Notes: generated from the letters alone by a model not told the origin. Shown: positions 9,261 through 19,177, counted from the stretch's first letter. The stretch: 64,000 bases of DNA from an uncultured Gammaproteobacteria bacterium (GCA_964540635.1 CAZINP010000005.1:24890-88889); one strand, 5' to 3'. A program made the numbers and translations.

Positions 9261-11549
9261 TTGTTAATGGAGCATTTTTTGGTTAAAATTAACCAGCTGA
9301 TTGTAAAAACAAACAGCAAGCAAAAGACCTTCGTCAGAAGCTTTGTTACAAAGCCGGCCACACCGGTTCAAATTAAGTTTGGGAAAATTTTTGGCTTAAT
9401 TGAAATTGAATCAAACTTGCCTAAAATTTCCAACCTTATTGATGTAATTATTGATGAAATTAAAAACTCTTATTATGACAGCGAGGAAATTAACGACGGG
9501 ATTAATCTGACAGATAAATTTGAAAAGTCTCTAAAAAAGACCAACATCGCCATCGCCTCTTTTCTTGAGGCCGAACAGGTTGTTTTAGATCTTGATAAAA
9601 TTAATATTATAATCGGTTTGGTTCACGGCCAAGATCTATTTTTGGCTCAAGTGGGAAAAATTAATTGTTTGCTGCTTTATCGCCTGCCGAATAAAAATTA
9701 TCGACTGATTAACATTATTGAAACCACAAAATCAAGTTTTTCCGTTCCTGATCCAATTAAACTTTTTTCGCAGGTTATTTCCGGTAGGATCAGGCCACAC
9801 GATGTAATCTTTATCAGTACCAACAATCTTCTTGATTATTTCTCGCAGGACAAATTAATAAACATAATTTGTTCAGATACCCTTGCTCAGACAACAATCC
9901 AACTAAAAACGTTGATTGAAAAGATTAACAGCAAAGAAAATTTTGGGGCAATGACTTTTGAAATTGAAAAAGAAAAAATTGATGATATTAAGGAAGTAAA
10001 ACCTCAAAAAACCGAGTTAAGCTTTACGGCCAGCTCCCCTTTTAAAGAGTCAATGGCCGGATTAATCAGAACCGAAAAAGAAACTGAAAAATTTTTAACG
10101 CCGACACTTCTACCTGAAATTAAAAAAATATTTATTAATCTTAAAGATTTGGGAGGCGGTTTATTTTCCAGCGTCAGCCAATCAACTGCCGAATTAATTA
10201 AAAATCAAAATTCTCAGATTAAAGAAAAAATTTTGGATAATCACAATCTATCGTTATTTAATAAATTTACATCAAAAACACTTGCCTTTCTCGTGCCGTT
10301 TAGGGCCATATTTAATATTGCTTTTGGCTTTTTAAAATATAAAATATTTTACCCTTTTGTTAAAATTGGTTCAGCGATTAAAAAAACCAAAGTTGGCGCT
10401 CTGATTGAGCGCTATAAAGCAATGCCCAAATCAAGTCAGGTTCTCTTTTTAGTTAGCTTGATTTTAGCGGTTTCTTTTATTTTTTCCCTTGGATTTTTAT
10501 TAAGAAACAATAAAATATTAAAAGCAACGGATGAATTTAACCAGATAATCTTGGAAGTGGAAAGCAAGAAAAACAATGCAGAATCAAGCTTGATTTATCG
10601 CGACGAAAATCTGGCGCGAAAACTTCTTTTAGAAGCAAAGACTACGGCGGCAAATATTAAACCGACCACTTCTTCGCAAAAAAAGTATTTGGATAATCTT
10701 AATTCCGAAATCGAAGAACAGCTCAAAAATCTAAGGCATATGGTTGAAATTGCCGAACCGGTTCAACTGGCTAATTTTGCCAATTTAGACAACCAAGTTC
10801 AGCTGGCAAATTTTGCCGCTCTCTATAAACGTCTCATTTTTACCCAAAATTTAAACAATAAAAATATTTTTAAAGTTAATTTGGATACGTGGGTAATGAA
10901 TGCCATTGCCATGGACAATCAAAACCTTGGCAACATTAAGTTTGGATTGACAAGCGAAAATGAGATTGTATTAATCAATGAAGAAAAAAAATTGTTCCGC
11001 CTAAGAACGGATAACGACAGCATTTCATCGGCAAATTTTGACATACCCCAAAATGGCGGCATTGCAGACGTTGGTGCGTTTAAAAATTATTTATATGTAT
11101 TGGATAATGCCAATAATCAAGTTTATCGACTGACAAAAAATGCAAACGGTTTTGAGGGCAAAACCGACTGGATTAAAGCCGTTGGTCTTGATTTAAAAGA
11201 CGCCTCAGCCATTGCCATAGACGGCTCGGTTTATATCCTAAAAAATAACGGGGAAATTGTTAAGCTTTCAAATGGTAAACCTGATACTTTTGAAGTCAAC
11301 AGCGTTGAGCCGCAACTAAATATGCCAACGAAAATCAAAACAACTGACGTTTCAAAGTATCTGTATGTTCTTGATCCAAACAACAAACGCATCGTAGTAA
11401 TTAACAAAGAAACCGGTAACCTGGTTATTCAATACACCTCCCCCGCCTTTGACGATTTAAAAGATATCAGCATTGATGAAGCGGATAAAAAAATATTTGT
11501 CTTGAATAAAACCACGGTTCTGGGGATACCAACCGAACACATTAAATAA
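9261..11549 (+). CDS. Large membrane protein: N-terminal cytoplasmic domain, 2 TM helices, coiled coil, C-terminal beta-propeller-like repeats
   Basis: 762 aa; hydrophobic segments around aa 330-400; repeated YLYVLDxxNxxVxxL motifs (YVTN/NHL-like blades) in the last about 230 aa. Confidence 0.5.
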   Translation: MLMEHFLVKINQLIVKTNSKQKTFVRSFVTKPATPVQIKFGKIFGLIEIESNLPKISNLIDVIIDEIKNSYYDSEEINDGINLTDKFEKSLKKTNIAIASFLEAEQVVLDLDKINIIIGLVHGQDLFLAQVGKINCLLLYRLPNKNYRLINIIETTKSSFSVPDPIKLFSQVISGRIRPHDVIFISTNNLLDYFSQDKLINIICSDTLAQTTIQLKTLIEKINSKENFGAMTFEIEKEKIDDIKEVKPQKTELSFTASSPFKESMAGLIRTEKETEKFLTPTLLPEIKKIFINLKDLGGGLFSSVSQSTAELIKNQNSQIKEKILDNHNLSLFNKFTSKTLAFLVPFRAIFNIAFGFLKYKIFYPFVKIGSAIKKTKVGALIERYKAMPKSSQVLFLVSLILAVSFIFSLGFLLRNNKILKATDEFNQIILEVESKKNNAESSLIYRDENLARKLLLEAKTTAANIKPTTSSQKKYLDNLNSEIEEQLKNLRHMVEIAEPVQLANFANLDNQVQLANFAALYKRLIFTQNLNNKNIFKVNLDTWVMNAIAMDNQNLGNIKFGLTSENEIVLINEEKKLFRLRTDNDSISSANFDIPQNGGIADVGAFKNYLYVLDNANNQVYRLTKNANGFEGKTDWIKAVGLDLKDASAIAIDGSVYILKNNGEIVKLSNGKPDTFEVNSVEPQLNMPTKIKTTDVSKYLYVLDPNNKRIVVINKETGNLVIQYTSPAFDDLKDISIDEADKKIFVLNKTTVLGIPTEHIK

Positions 11550-11552
11550 ATA

Positions 11553-11587
11553 AAAAAACATCCCCGTCTGGCGGGGATGTTTTTTTA
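11553..11587. terminator. Bidirectional rho-independent terminator
   Basis: A7-CATCCCCG-tctgg-CGGGGATG-T7 between convergent genes (9261 gene and rplL). Confidence 0.8.
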
Positions 11588-11594
11588 TTGGAAT

Positions 11595-11999
11595 TTATTT
11601 CAAGGTAACCTTGGCGCCAGCTTCTTCTAAGCTCTTTTTGATCTTTTCAGCGTCTTCTTTCTTAACGCCTTCTTTGATAACCTTAGGAGCGCCATCAACT
11701 AAATCTTTGGCTTCTTTTAAGCCCAATTCAGTTACGGCTCTAACGGCCTTGATGACATTGATTTTATTGGCACCGGCATCGGTCAATTCAATGTCAAATT
11801 CTGTTTTTTCTTCAGCGGCAGCACCAGCGGCAGCACCGGGCATAGCGGCCACGGCCATCGGGGCGGCAGCGGAAACGCCAAATTTTTCTTCCAAAACTTT
11901 GACTAATTCCGCCAAGTCCAAAACGGACATTTTTTCGATCTCCTGAACAATTGATTTGAATTTTTCAGGGATGATCACTTCTTTTTTTTCGTCTGACAT
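11595..11999 (-). CDS. rplL: 50S ribosomal protein L7/L12
   Basis: 134 aa; Ala-rich hinge and conserved C-terminal domain [21 protein letters not shown]. Confidence 0.95.
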   Translation of the reverse strand: MSDEKKEVIIPEKFKSIVQEIEKMSVLDLAELVKVLEEKFGVSAAAPMAVAAMPGAAAGAAAEEKTEFDIELTDAGANKINVIKAVRAVTELGLKEAKDLVDGAPKVIKEGVKKEDAEKIKKSLEEAGAKVTLK

Positions 12000-12026
12000 A
12001 ATTTTATTCTTAGATTATTTTATTAA

Positions 12027-12551
12027 TTAATTTTTAGAATCTTTAACGGCATTAAGCACGTAAACTAAATTGCGCAAATTTCCCGCCAAGACATTGACAA
12101 ATCCGGAGACCGGCGCATTGATTTGACCAAGGAGCTGGCCCAAAAGCTGCTGCTTGGAAGGCAATTTGGAAAGTTCAATTACTTTTTCTTTGCCTACGAA
12201 CCTCTTTTCCAAAATACCGCCAACGGCAACCATGGCCGGATATTGTTTAGAAAAATCGGCCACAATTCTGGCCGGAGCGACCTCATCGCTTAAACCCAAA
12301 AGAGTACCAATACTGTTTTCAAAACTCTTGGGATCTGCATCTTCAAAACCGGCCTCTTTAAAAGCCAATTTCATAAGTGTTTTTTTGGCAACCGAATAAC
12401 CGACGTTTTCCGCTCGACATTTCTTTCTGAATTCTTCAATCTCCTTAACTTTCAAATTGTCGAAATTGACAAAAACAACGGATTTGGCGTCCTTGAGTTT
12501 TTGAGTAAACTCATTTAACTCTTTTTCTTTTTGTAATCTTGTTTTAGCCAT
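12027..12551 (-). CDS. rplJ: 50S ribosomal protein L10
   Basis: 174 aa; L10 family, upstream of rplL. Confidence 0.9.
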   Translation of the reverse strand: MAKTRLQKEKELNEFTQKLKDAKSVVFVNFDNLKVKEIEEFRKKCRAENVGYSVAKKTLMKLAFKEAGFEDADPKSFENSIGTLLGLSDEVAPARIVADFSKQYPAMVAVGGILEKRFVGKEKVIELSKLPSKQQLLGQLLGQINAPVSGFVNVLAGNLRNLVYVLNAVKDSKN

Positions 12552-12587
12552 ATATTACTTAATTCTTAATATTTTATAATAAAAAAA

Positions 12588-12612
12588 TGTGGCAAAAACC
12601 ACAGACTTTAAG
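12588..12612 (-). promoter_or_regulatory. Hairpin plus T-run in the rplJ 5' leader (possible L10-leader attenuator)
   Basis: Minus strand CTGTGG-tttttg-CCACA followed by T7, about 40 nt upstream of rplJ ATG. Confidence 0.3.
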
Positions 12613-12731
12613 CAAAACGATTTGCTTTTTACCTACATCGGGCGGCTTTTTGGCCTATTTAAGCGATAATCGCCCCAATGGTCTGAGGTTTAAATTTTAT
12701 AAATAAATTTTATCTTAAAATATCAATAATG

Positions 12732-13412
12732 TCAAGAAACAACCGTTCCTTTAAAATCCTTGCCGGCTAAAAATCTCTCTAAATTTGCGATATCGCTGCC
12801 TTTCATAACTACCAAGTCAATGCCCGAATTGCTGGCTAAATGGCTGGCAATGGGATCAAACGGAACGTGAGCGCCGGGAACCCATTTACGGCCGACTAAT
12901 TTCAGAAAATCAGGCCACCTCATATTCTTTTGAGCAACGGCATCTTTAAACTTTTTGGGGTCCTTGTCGTAAACAAAAGCAATATTGGAAAGATTAATAA
13001 CGGTTTTAGCCTTGTAAGCCTTAGCGATTAAAACCGCGTCTTTGTCCGAAGAAGATCCGGGCAAATAGCCGGCACCGACGATAATTTTTTTGCTTGTTTT
13101 AATCGCCTTGCTCGGGTTATCAATTACTCCCTCCAAAGCCGCCTGACCAAAAATTCCGCTCACCAGCTCGGCATTAAGCTTTGTCGTGGCAATGCCAATC
13201 CAATCCAAATCCCGATGAGTAATTTTTGGATTAACCTCTCGGGCGGCTTGATGATACTTTCTGCAAGTTCGGCCGCCGCCGCATATCAAAATAACACGAT
13301 TGTTTTTTTTAGTATAATTTAAAATTACTTTTTTGAATTTTTTCAAAAAATTAATATCAAGCTCTTCCGGGGCAATCAAAGAACCGCCCAAAGACATTAC
13401 AATTGTTTTCAT
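12732..13412 (-). CDS. pyrH: UMP kinase, archaeal-type (amino-acid kinase family)
   Basis: 226 aa; MKTIVMSLGGSLI...ILICGGGRTCRKY matches the short archaeal-type uridylate kinase pattern, not the about 240-aa bacterial PyrH. Confidence 0.7.
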   Translation of the reverse strand: MKTIVMSLGGSLIAPEELDINFLKKFKKVILNYTKKNNRVILICGGGRTCRKYHQAAREVNPKITHRDLDWIGIATTKLNAELVSGIFGQAALEGVIDNPSKAIKTSKKIIVGAGYLPGSSSDKDAVLIAKAYKAKTVINLSNIAFVYDKDPKKFKDAVAQKNMRWPDFLKLVGRKWVPGAHVPFDPIASHLASNSGIDLVVMKGSDIANLERFLAGKDFKGTVVS

Positions 13413-13432
13413 AAAATAAAATTTAATTACTA

Positions 13433-14452
13433 TTAATAATATTTGGCCTTGGCCGCCAGATGCTGTTCGTAAGTTTTACTATAAATTACTTTTCCTTCCG
13501 GAGTTGTTAAGAAATAATAATATTCGTTTGATTTTGGATAAATTGCAGCCATTATTGCCGAAAGGCTTGGATTTGATATCGGCCCGGGCGGCAAACCACG
13601 ATACTTATAGGTATTATAAGGATTGTCCAAACGAGTGTCGTTAAGGCTTGGTCTTGTTGTCCCCTTGTCGGTGATATAGTTCACTGTCGCGTCTGATTGC
13701 AGGCCGATATTATTTTTTAATCTTTTGTAAAAAATATCAGCCACCATCTTTCTGTCAGCATCACCCGGCACTTCTTTTTCAATAATAGAGGCTAGGGTTA
13801 AAATCTCATGAACAGTTTTGCCCTGGCTTTTTATTTCAGCCAAAAGCTCAGGGGTTATTTTTTTCCCAAAATTATCAAGTATTTTTTTGACAATATCCTG
13901 AATTGATGCGGTTTTATAAACACGGTAAGTATCGGGAAACAAATATCCTTCTAAATCAAGATTTTTAGGCCGACTGGATAGAAAATCATAATCATCCCAC
14001 CAAGACTGCTTTTTTTGCACAATTTCAAAAAAATCAGACTCAGAACCAAAGCCCTGCTCAGCCAAATACTTGGCATAATCTCTATTATTCCACCCCTCAA
14101 TAAAAGTAAGGGTTACTTCTTCAAAATTTTCATTTTTTATCTTTTGGGTCAAAATTTTTACAATCTCTTTTATGCTAAGATTTGAATCTAAAACGTATTG
14201 ACCCGGCTGCAAAGAACTTGCTTTCCCCTGCTGCCAAATATAAAGCTCAAAGACAACCCAATCACGAATAAAGCCTTGCTTTTTTAATTCTTTGCTGACA
14301 ATAACACTGCCCCACTTCGGTTCAACGCTAAAGGCTCTTTCTGCAGACTGGCTGCTCAAAGGAGCGTTTATGGTGTAAACGAAATAAGCGCTGTAGATTA
14401 CAGCGGCGAATATCAAACTTATAGTAAAAATTTTTATCAATTTTAACTTCAT
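13433..14452 (-). CDS. mltG: Endolytic murein transglycosylase MltG (YceG family)
   Basis: 339 aa; N-terminal TM; GLQSDATVNY and YNTYKYRGLPPGPISNP motifs. Confidence 0.85.
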   Translation of the reverse strand: MKLKLIKIFTISLIFAAVIYSAYFVYTINAPLSSQSAERAFSVEPKWGSVIVSKELKKQGFIRDWVVFELYIWQQGKASSLQPGQYVLDSNLSIKEIVKILTQKIKNENFEEVTLTFIEGWNNRDYAKYLAEQGFGSESDFFEIVQKKQSWWDDYDFLSSRPKNLDLEGYLFPDTYRVYKTASIQDIVKKILDNFGKKITPELLAEIKSQGKTVHEILTLASIIEKEVPGDADRKMVADIFYKRLKNNIGLQSDATVNYITDKGTTRPSLNDTRLDNPYNTYKYRGLPPGPISNPSLSAIMAAIYPKSNEYYYFLTTPEGKVIYSKTYEQHLAAKAKYY

Positions 14453-14467
14453 TTATATTTAATGACT

Positions 14468-15184
14468 TTAATATTTAAACGGTCCGGCCCACTCTTTTTT
14501 AACTCTTTCATATCTTTCCGGCGTGCCCGTATCAAACCACTGGGCGTTTGATTTATAGCCAAAGAGTTTCCCCGAATCAGCCACGGCCGGGAAAATGTCC
14601 TTTTCCATCATGACAAAATCTTTTTTGGGCAAATAGTCAAAAATTTCCGGTGAAATAATATAGTAACCCGAATTGGCGTATTTTGAAGGCGCCGATTCTC
14701 TGGTTGGCTTTTCAACAAATTCAATTATCTTGTCTTTATCAAGACGAGCGATACCAACTGGCGTCGGATCCTCAACTTCAACCAGGGCAATGGTGGCCAC
14801 GGCCTTATTCTTCTTGTGCTCTTCCAGCATGGCTTTAAAGTCACAAGCAAAAAGATTATCGCCATTGCACATAAAAAAATCTTCTTGTAAAATTTTGCCG
14901 GACTGCTTAAGCAGTAATAACGGACCGGCCGTTCCCAATCTATCTTTTTCGTGTAAATATTCAATCTTTGACTGAAAATTTTCCCCGCTGCCAAAATACT
15001 CTCTCATCTGATCGGCCAAATAACTAATTGATAAGTAAAAATCATTAACCCCGATATTTTTAAAAATATCCATTGTGTGCTCGGTCAAAGTCTTTCCCTG
15101 AACAGGGATTAAAGCCTTGGGCATTTGATATGTCAGAGGCCTCAAGCGCGTCCCTTCACCACCGGCCAATATAATTGAAATCAT
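14468..15184 (-). CDS. Sugar-phosphate nucleotidyltransferase (NTP_transferase family)
   Basis: 238 aa; ILAGGEGTRLRPLT signature. Confidence 0.8.
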   Translation of the reverse strand: MISIILAGGEGTRLRPLTYQMPKALIPVQGKTLTEHTMDIFKNIGVNDFYLSISYLADQMREYFGSGENFQSKIEYLHEKDRLGTAGPLLLLKQSGKILQEDFFMCNGDNLFACDFKAMLEEHKKNKAVATIALVEVEDPTPVGIARLDKDKIIEFVEKPTRESAPSKYANSGYYIISPEIFDYLPKKDFVMMEKDIFPAVADSGKLFGYKSNAQWFDTGTPERYERVKKEWAGPFKY

Positions 15185-15271
15185 ATATTTAGAATATTTA
15201 AGATATAAAAAATCTTACCAAATAAACCTTTTTTAAGCAAGACTAATTTGAATAAAAAATATGCAAAAATA

Positions 15272-16090
15272 CTACTTCAGAAGGAATAAATACGAAAGAA
15301 GAACAATGCCCAAAACAATACGGTAATAGGCAAATATTTTTAAAGAATTTCTCTCTAAAAATTTTAAAAAATATTTAATACATAAATAACCGGTGATGGC
15401 TGAGACAAAAAAACCAATCAACAAAGAATAAACATCGGCATAGGCTAGATCCATTTGAATCAAATCAATAAATTTTTTGAGGCCGGCTCCCAAAATTAAC
15501 GGCGTGGAAACCAAAAAAGAAAAATAAGCCGCGTCTTTACGGTTCAGTTTCTGACTTAAACCTGCTATAATGGTTATGCCGGAACGTGAAACTCCCGGGA
15601 TTAATGAAAGAATTTGCGCCAAGCCGATAACCAAAGAATCTTTGACATTCAATTTATTTAAGGGTTTTAAGAGCGAGGCAAACTTATCGGCAAAAAATAA
15701 TACCACACCAACCAAAATTAGCATGATTCCAACAACCACCGGACTTCTAAAAAAATTTTCAATCTCTTTTTCGGCCAACAGACCGACTAACCCAGCCGGG
15801 ATTGCGGCCAAAAAAACCAGCCACGCCAACCGTTGAGTATCGTTATTCTTCAAGTCCGGCGCGATCAAGCTTTGCAACCAGGCTTTAAGGTATTTTAAAA
15901 GATCAAAAAAGAAAAAAGCGATTAAGGCCACCATGGTGCCTAGGTGTAAAATAACATCAAAGGCAATATCGTCGGCAAAATTAAAACCGAAAATTTCATG
16001 CAAAATTACAAGATGCCCAGAACTTGAAACCGGCAAAAACTCAGTTAAGCCCTGAATAATACCCGCCAAAAAAGAAAAAAAATAATTCAT
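15272..16090 (-). CDS. uppP: Undecaprenyl-diphosphatase UppP (BacA)
   Basis: 272 aa; GLTEFLPVSSSGHL motif, 8 TM. Confidence 0.9.
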   Translation of the reverse strand: MNYFFSFLAGIIQGLTEFLPVSSSGHLVILHEIFGFNFADDIAFDVILHLGTMVALIAFFFFDLLKYLKAWLQSLIAPDLKNNDTQRLAWLVFLAAIPAGLVGLLAEKEIENFFRSPVVVGIMLILVGVVLFFADKFASLLKPLNKLNVKDSLVIGLAQILSLIPGVSRSGITIIAGLSQKLNRKDAAYFSFLVSTPLILGAGLKKFIDLIQMDLAYADVYSLLIGFFVSAITGYLCIKYFLKFLERNSLKIFAYYRIVLGIVLLSYLFLLK

Positions 16091-16109
16091 AAAATAAAAT
16101 TTTAAAATT

Positions 16110-16538
16110 ATGGATTTATCCTACATTATTATACCATTATTGGTATTAATTTCCAGCCAGGCAATTAAACTGGCCACCGACGGTATCAAAGGAAATTTTG
16201 ATTTTAAAAACTTTTTAATCAGCTACGGCGGCATGCCGTCTTCGCACACTTCATTCTCTACCTCAATTACAACCTTAATCGGATTAAGGCAGGGGTTTGA
16301 TTCGCCACTCTTTGCCGCCTGTTTGGTTTTTACGCTTTTGGTGATAAGAGACGCGACATCATTTAGAAATCTGCTTGGCAAACAAGCCCAAGTTTTTAAT
16401 AAATATATTGACAAGCTGCCCGGAAAAGAAAAAGTCGGCCTGAAGAAATTTAGAGAGAGGTTTGGTCACACCTATTTGGAAGTAATTGGCGGTTTAATCT
16501 GGGGAATAGCCCTAACTTTTTATTTAAATTTAGTATAA
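16110..16538 (+). CDS. Divergent PAP2-family membrane protein (DUF212 type)
   Basis: 142 aa; GGMPSSHTSFSTS motif characteristic of the divergent PAP2 family. Confidence 0.65.
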   Translation: MDLSYIIIPLLVLISSQAIKLATDGIKGNFDFKNFLISYGGMPSSHTSFSTSITTLIGLRQGFDSPLFAACLVFTLLVIRDATSFRNLLGKQAQVFNKYIDKLPGKEKVGLKKFRERFGHTYLEVIGGLIWGIALTFYLNLV

Positions 16539-16609
16539 TTTTTAGATTTTTCTTGACACGGTTTATGAAAAGTGTTAAACTTAAAACCTAAGTCATAACA
16601 GAAAAAATC

Positions 16610-16714
16610 ATGTTTTTTGACGACGAAATGACCACCCCGGCTGCTGATGATACCGCGGCCGAACCTTCAACCGACGAAACTCCGGCTGAAGAATCAACCG
16701 AAGAAGCTGCTTAA
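16610..16714 (+). CDS. Small highly acidic peptide (34 aa: MFFDDEMTTPAADDTAAEPSTDETPAEESTEEAA)
   Basis: Not in ORF track (too short); possible promoter TTGACA-17-TAAACT at about 16552..16580 and own terminator immediately downstream. Confidence 0.35.
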   Translation: MFFDDEMTTPAADDTAAEPSTDETPAEESTEEAA

Positions 16715-16730
16715 AGCTTAGATAAAAAAG

Positions 16731-16756
16731 ATCCGCCTTTTGGCGGATTTTTTTTG
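16731..16756. terminator. Bidirectional rho-independent terminator (small ORF / fpg)
   Basis: A-run, ATCCGCC-tttt-GGCGGAT, then T8. Confidence 0.75.
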
Positions 16757-16759
16757 TTC

Positions 16760-17626
16760 TCATTTTTGACATTCCGAACAGTAATGCGTTCCCCTGCCAT
16801 TTAATTTTATTCGCCTAATTTCCCCACCGCAACGCTTACATTTCTTCCCTTTTCGTCCATAAACCTTTAAAAATGGAACCATGCCGCCCGGCTTACCGGT
16901 TAAAGTTACATAAGTATCAGCAGAAGTTCCTTTTTTTGAAATTGCCAAATCAATTATTTTATTAATACACTCATACAGCTTTTTTATCTCAATGGGTTCA
17001 AGTGATGCAGCCAGCCTCATTGGCAAAATGCCGGCACAAAAACATGATTCATCGCAATAAATATTGCCGATACCGCCGATTAATTTTTGATCCAAAAGAA
17101 TTAATTTAATAAAACGATTTGGATATTTCTTAACGATTGATTGGAAATAATTAAGATTAAATTCCTTGCTTAAAGGCTCGGGTCCATGCTCCATCACAAT
17201 TTGAGCTACTCCCTGATCATCAATTAATCGCGCCCAGCCAAACTTGCGTAAATCATTAAAATATAAAATTGAGCCATCACTAAAATTTAGAATCAAATGA
17301 GTAAATTTATTTGGCAAATCCTCAAGTCCGCCTTTTTGAGGGTGTCCACCAAAAACCGCTTTGCCTTTTTGGGGACGAAAAATCAACTGACCGGTGAGTT
17401 TCAGATGGATTGCCAAAGAAAGAGGCCCTTCTAAATCTAAAACCAAAACCTTAGAAAGACGAGAAATACTTTTAATCTTCTTATTTTTAATCAATTTTTG
17501 AAATTCTAAAACACTGTATGGTTTTACCATCTTAGACCAATTACATTCACTAGATTTAACAACTTTTCCCTTTACGACTTTTTGCAATTGGCGTTTTAGG
17601 GTTTCAACTTCTGGTAGTTCCGGCAT
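16760..17626 (-). CDS. mutM: Formamidopyrimidine-DNA glycosylase (Fpg/Nei family)
   Basis: 288 aa; N-terminal MPELPEVE catalytic Pro, C-terminal C4 zinc finger. Confidence 0.9.
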   Translation of the reverse strand: MPELPEVETLKRQLQKVVKGKVVKSSECNWSKMVKPYSVLEFQKLIKNKKIKSISRLSKVLVLDLEGPLSLAIHLKLTGQLIFRPQKGKAVFGGHPQKGGLEDLPNKFTHLILNFSDGSILYFNDLRKFGWARLIDDQGVAQIVMEHGPEPLSKEFNLNYFQSIVKKYPNRFIKLILLDQKLIGGIGNIYCDESCFCAGILPMRLAASLEPIEIKKLYECINKIIDLAISKKGTSADTYVTLTGKPGGMVPFLKVYGRKGKKCKRCGGEIRRIKLNGRGTHYCSECQK

Positions 17627-17835
17627 AAAAAAATTACTCTTAACCTTTAAATCTTAACACTTTTTTGAACATAAAAAAAGCCTAAAAAAGGTTTATGTAT
17701 TAAAGCAAAAAAATCCAATTTAAAGCTAAAAAATTTTTTAATTTTTTACTATTGTTTCTTTGATTGACTTTGGCTATCTTTTTTGTTAAGGTTGGCAAAG
17801 AATAGTTCGGGAATTAGAACAACGGGAGAATAAGA

Positions 17836-18039
17836 ATGACATCGATTACCGATAGTTGGCAGTCGGTGTTAAACCGACTAAAAAACGTTTTGGAAGAACT
17901 TGACATGAAAAGTTGGATTTACCCTCTCAATCTCCACTCCTACCAAAACGGGGTGCTGAGTGTAGAGGTTCCAACCGATTTCTTTCGCGGCTGGATAAAT
18001 GAAAATTATCTGGCGCTGATAGAACAAGCCTGTCACTAA
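17836..18039 (+). CDS. dnaA: DnaA-like N-terminal domain I, ending at an in-frame TAA
   Basis: WQSVLNRLKNVLEEL..WIYPL..L.V.VP..F...WINENYLALIEQ matches DnaA domain I; same reading frame as the next ORF. Confidence 0.6.
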   Translation: MTSITDSWQSVLNRLKNVLEELDMKSWIYPLNLHSYQNGVLSVEVPTDFFRGWINENYLALIEQACH

Positions 18040-18042
18040 ACG

Positions 18043-19176
18043 TTGCCCGATTTCAAGGGCATTCAAATTCTTGTCAACGAGCATTCCGCTCAGCTTGACG
18101 AGGAGACAGAGCTTGCCAAGGGCAAGCAAGCACAACCGGCATCTGCCGAAAAAGACAAAGCGACAGCCAAACAACGAACTTGGCTGATTGAACGCTTTGT
18201 GGTTGGCCCTGAAAACCGAGTGGCCCACGCGGTTGCCACCAGCGTTACCGAAAAAATAGAGGGGTGGCCGGAATGGCCGATTGTTTACCTCTATGGCCCG
18301 TGTGGGGTTGGCAAAACGCACTTGTTAAAAGGCATTGCCGAAATTGCTTATGCCAAGCAATGCCGGCAAAAATTGATAAGTGCCGAAGCCCTACTTAACG
18401 AATTTTCGGCCTCTATCTCCGAGAAGACCAGTGAGTCGTTTCGCAGGAAGTATCGCTCTTTAAGATTGCTCTTGATAGACGACGCAGATTTCCTACTTAA
18501 TGGGAATAAAATAAAATTCCGCGAGGAATTAGTCTTTCTCATTGAAGCGATCATTGGCAATCACGGTTGCGTGGTGTTTTGTGCCAACAACACGCCTCAA
18601 AAAACGCCAAGCACCAATGTTAAGCTTAACTCATTGCTGGTCTCAGGCCTGACAATTGAGATTAAAGCTCTTGGGAAAAAAACGCTCGAAGAAATTATTG
18701 AATATCGAGCGAAAAGAAAAAAAATCAGCCTCAAAAAAGAGGAAATAGAGGCAATTGCGGCAAGATGCTCAGACGTTCGAGAAGCGCTCGGCATCCTGAG
18801 TGGCATTAGGCTGCTCTCAAGCTCTTACGACCGTCCGGTTGATAGCGAGATCTTGGGCGAAGCCTGGGGGCACCTTAGCCCCAAGCAGGATTCACCACTA
18901 ACCATTCGTCGCATCCAAGAAGTAGTTGCCAAGTATTTCAGGATAAGACCGGAACTGCTAAACGGAAAGTCTCGAACTCACACTGTGAGCTATCCGAGAC
19001 AAATCGCCATGTACCTTTGCCGGAAATTTTTCCCGGATAAACCGATCAAGGAGATCGCCATAGCCTTTGGCAGGGATTACAGCACCGTGATCTATGCCTG
19101 CAAACAAATAGAGGAGGGCGACCTTGCCTCCCCTACAGACCTAAAAGCAATTGAAGAATTGCTCATCAAGGCCTGA
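18043..19176 (+). CDS. dnaA: DnaA-like domains II-IV (AAA+ ATPase plus C-terminal DnaA-box-binding domain)
   Basis: GPCGVGKTHL Walker A, LLIDDADFL Walker B, C-terminal RPELLNGKSRTHTVSYPRQIAMYLCRKF; ORF begins at TTG one codon after the TAA; GC about 50% against about 38% background. Confidence 0.7.
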   Translation: MPDFKGIQILVNEHSAQLDEETELAKGKQAQPASAEKDKATAKQRTWLIERFVVGPENRVAHAVATSVTEKIEGWPEWPIVYLYGPCGVGKTHLLKGIAEIAYAKQCRQKLISAEALLNEFSASISEKTSESFRRKYRSLRLLLIDDADFLLNGNKIKFREELVFLIEAIIGNHGCVVFCANNTPQKTPSTNVKLNSLLVSGLTIEIKALGKKTLEEIIEYRAKRKKISLKKEEIEAIAARCSDVREALGILSGIRLLSSSYDRPVDSEILGEAWGHLSPKQDSPLTIRRIQEVVAKYFRIRPELLNGKSRTHTVSYPRQIAMYLCRKFFPDKPIKEIAIAFGRDYSTVIYACKQIEEGDLASPTDLKAIEELLIKA

Positions 19177-19177
19177 A

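Noticed and set aside
11611-11946. 111-aa Ala/Ser-rich plus-strand ORF
   Set aside because: Antisense shadow of rplL, caused by its GC-rich Ala-codon hinge.
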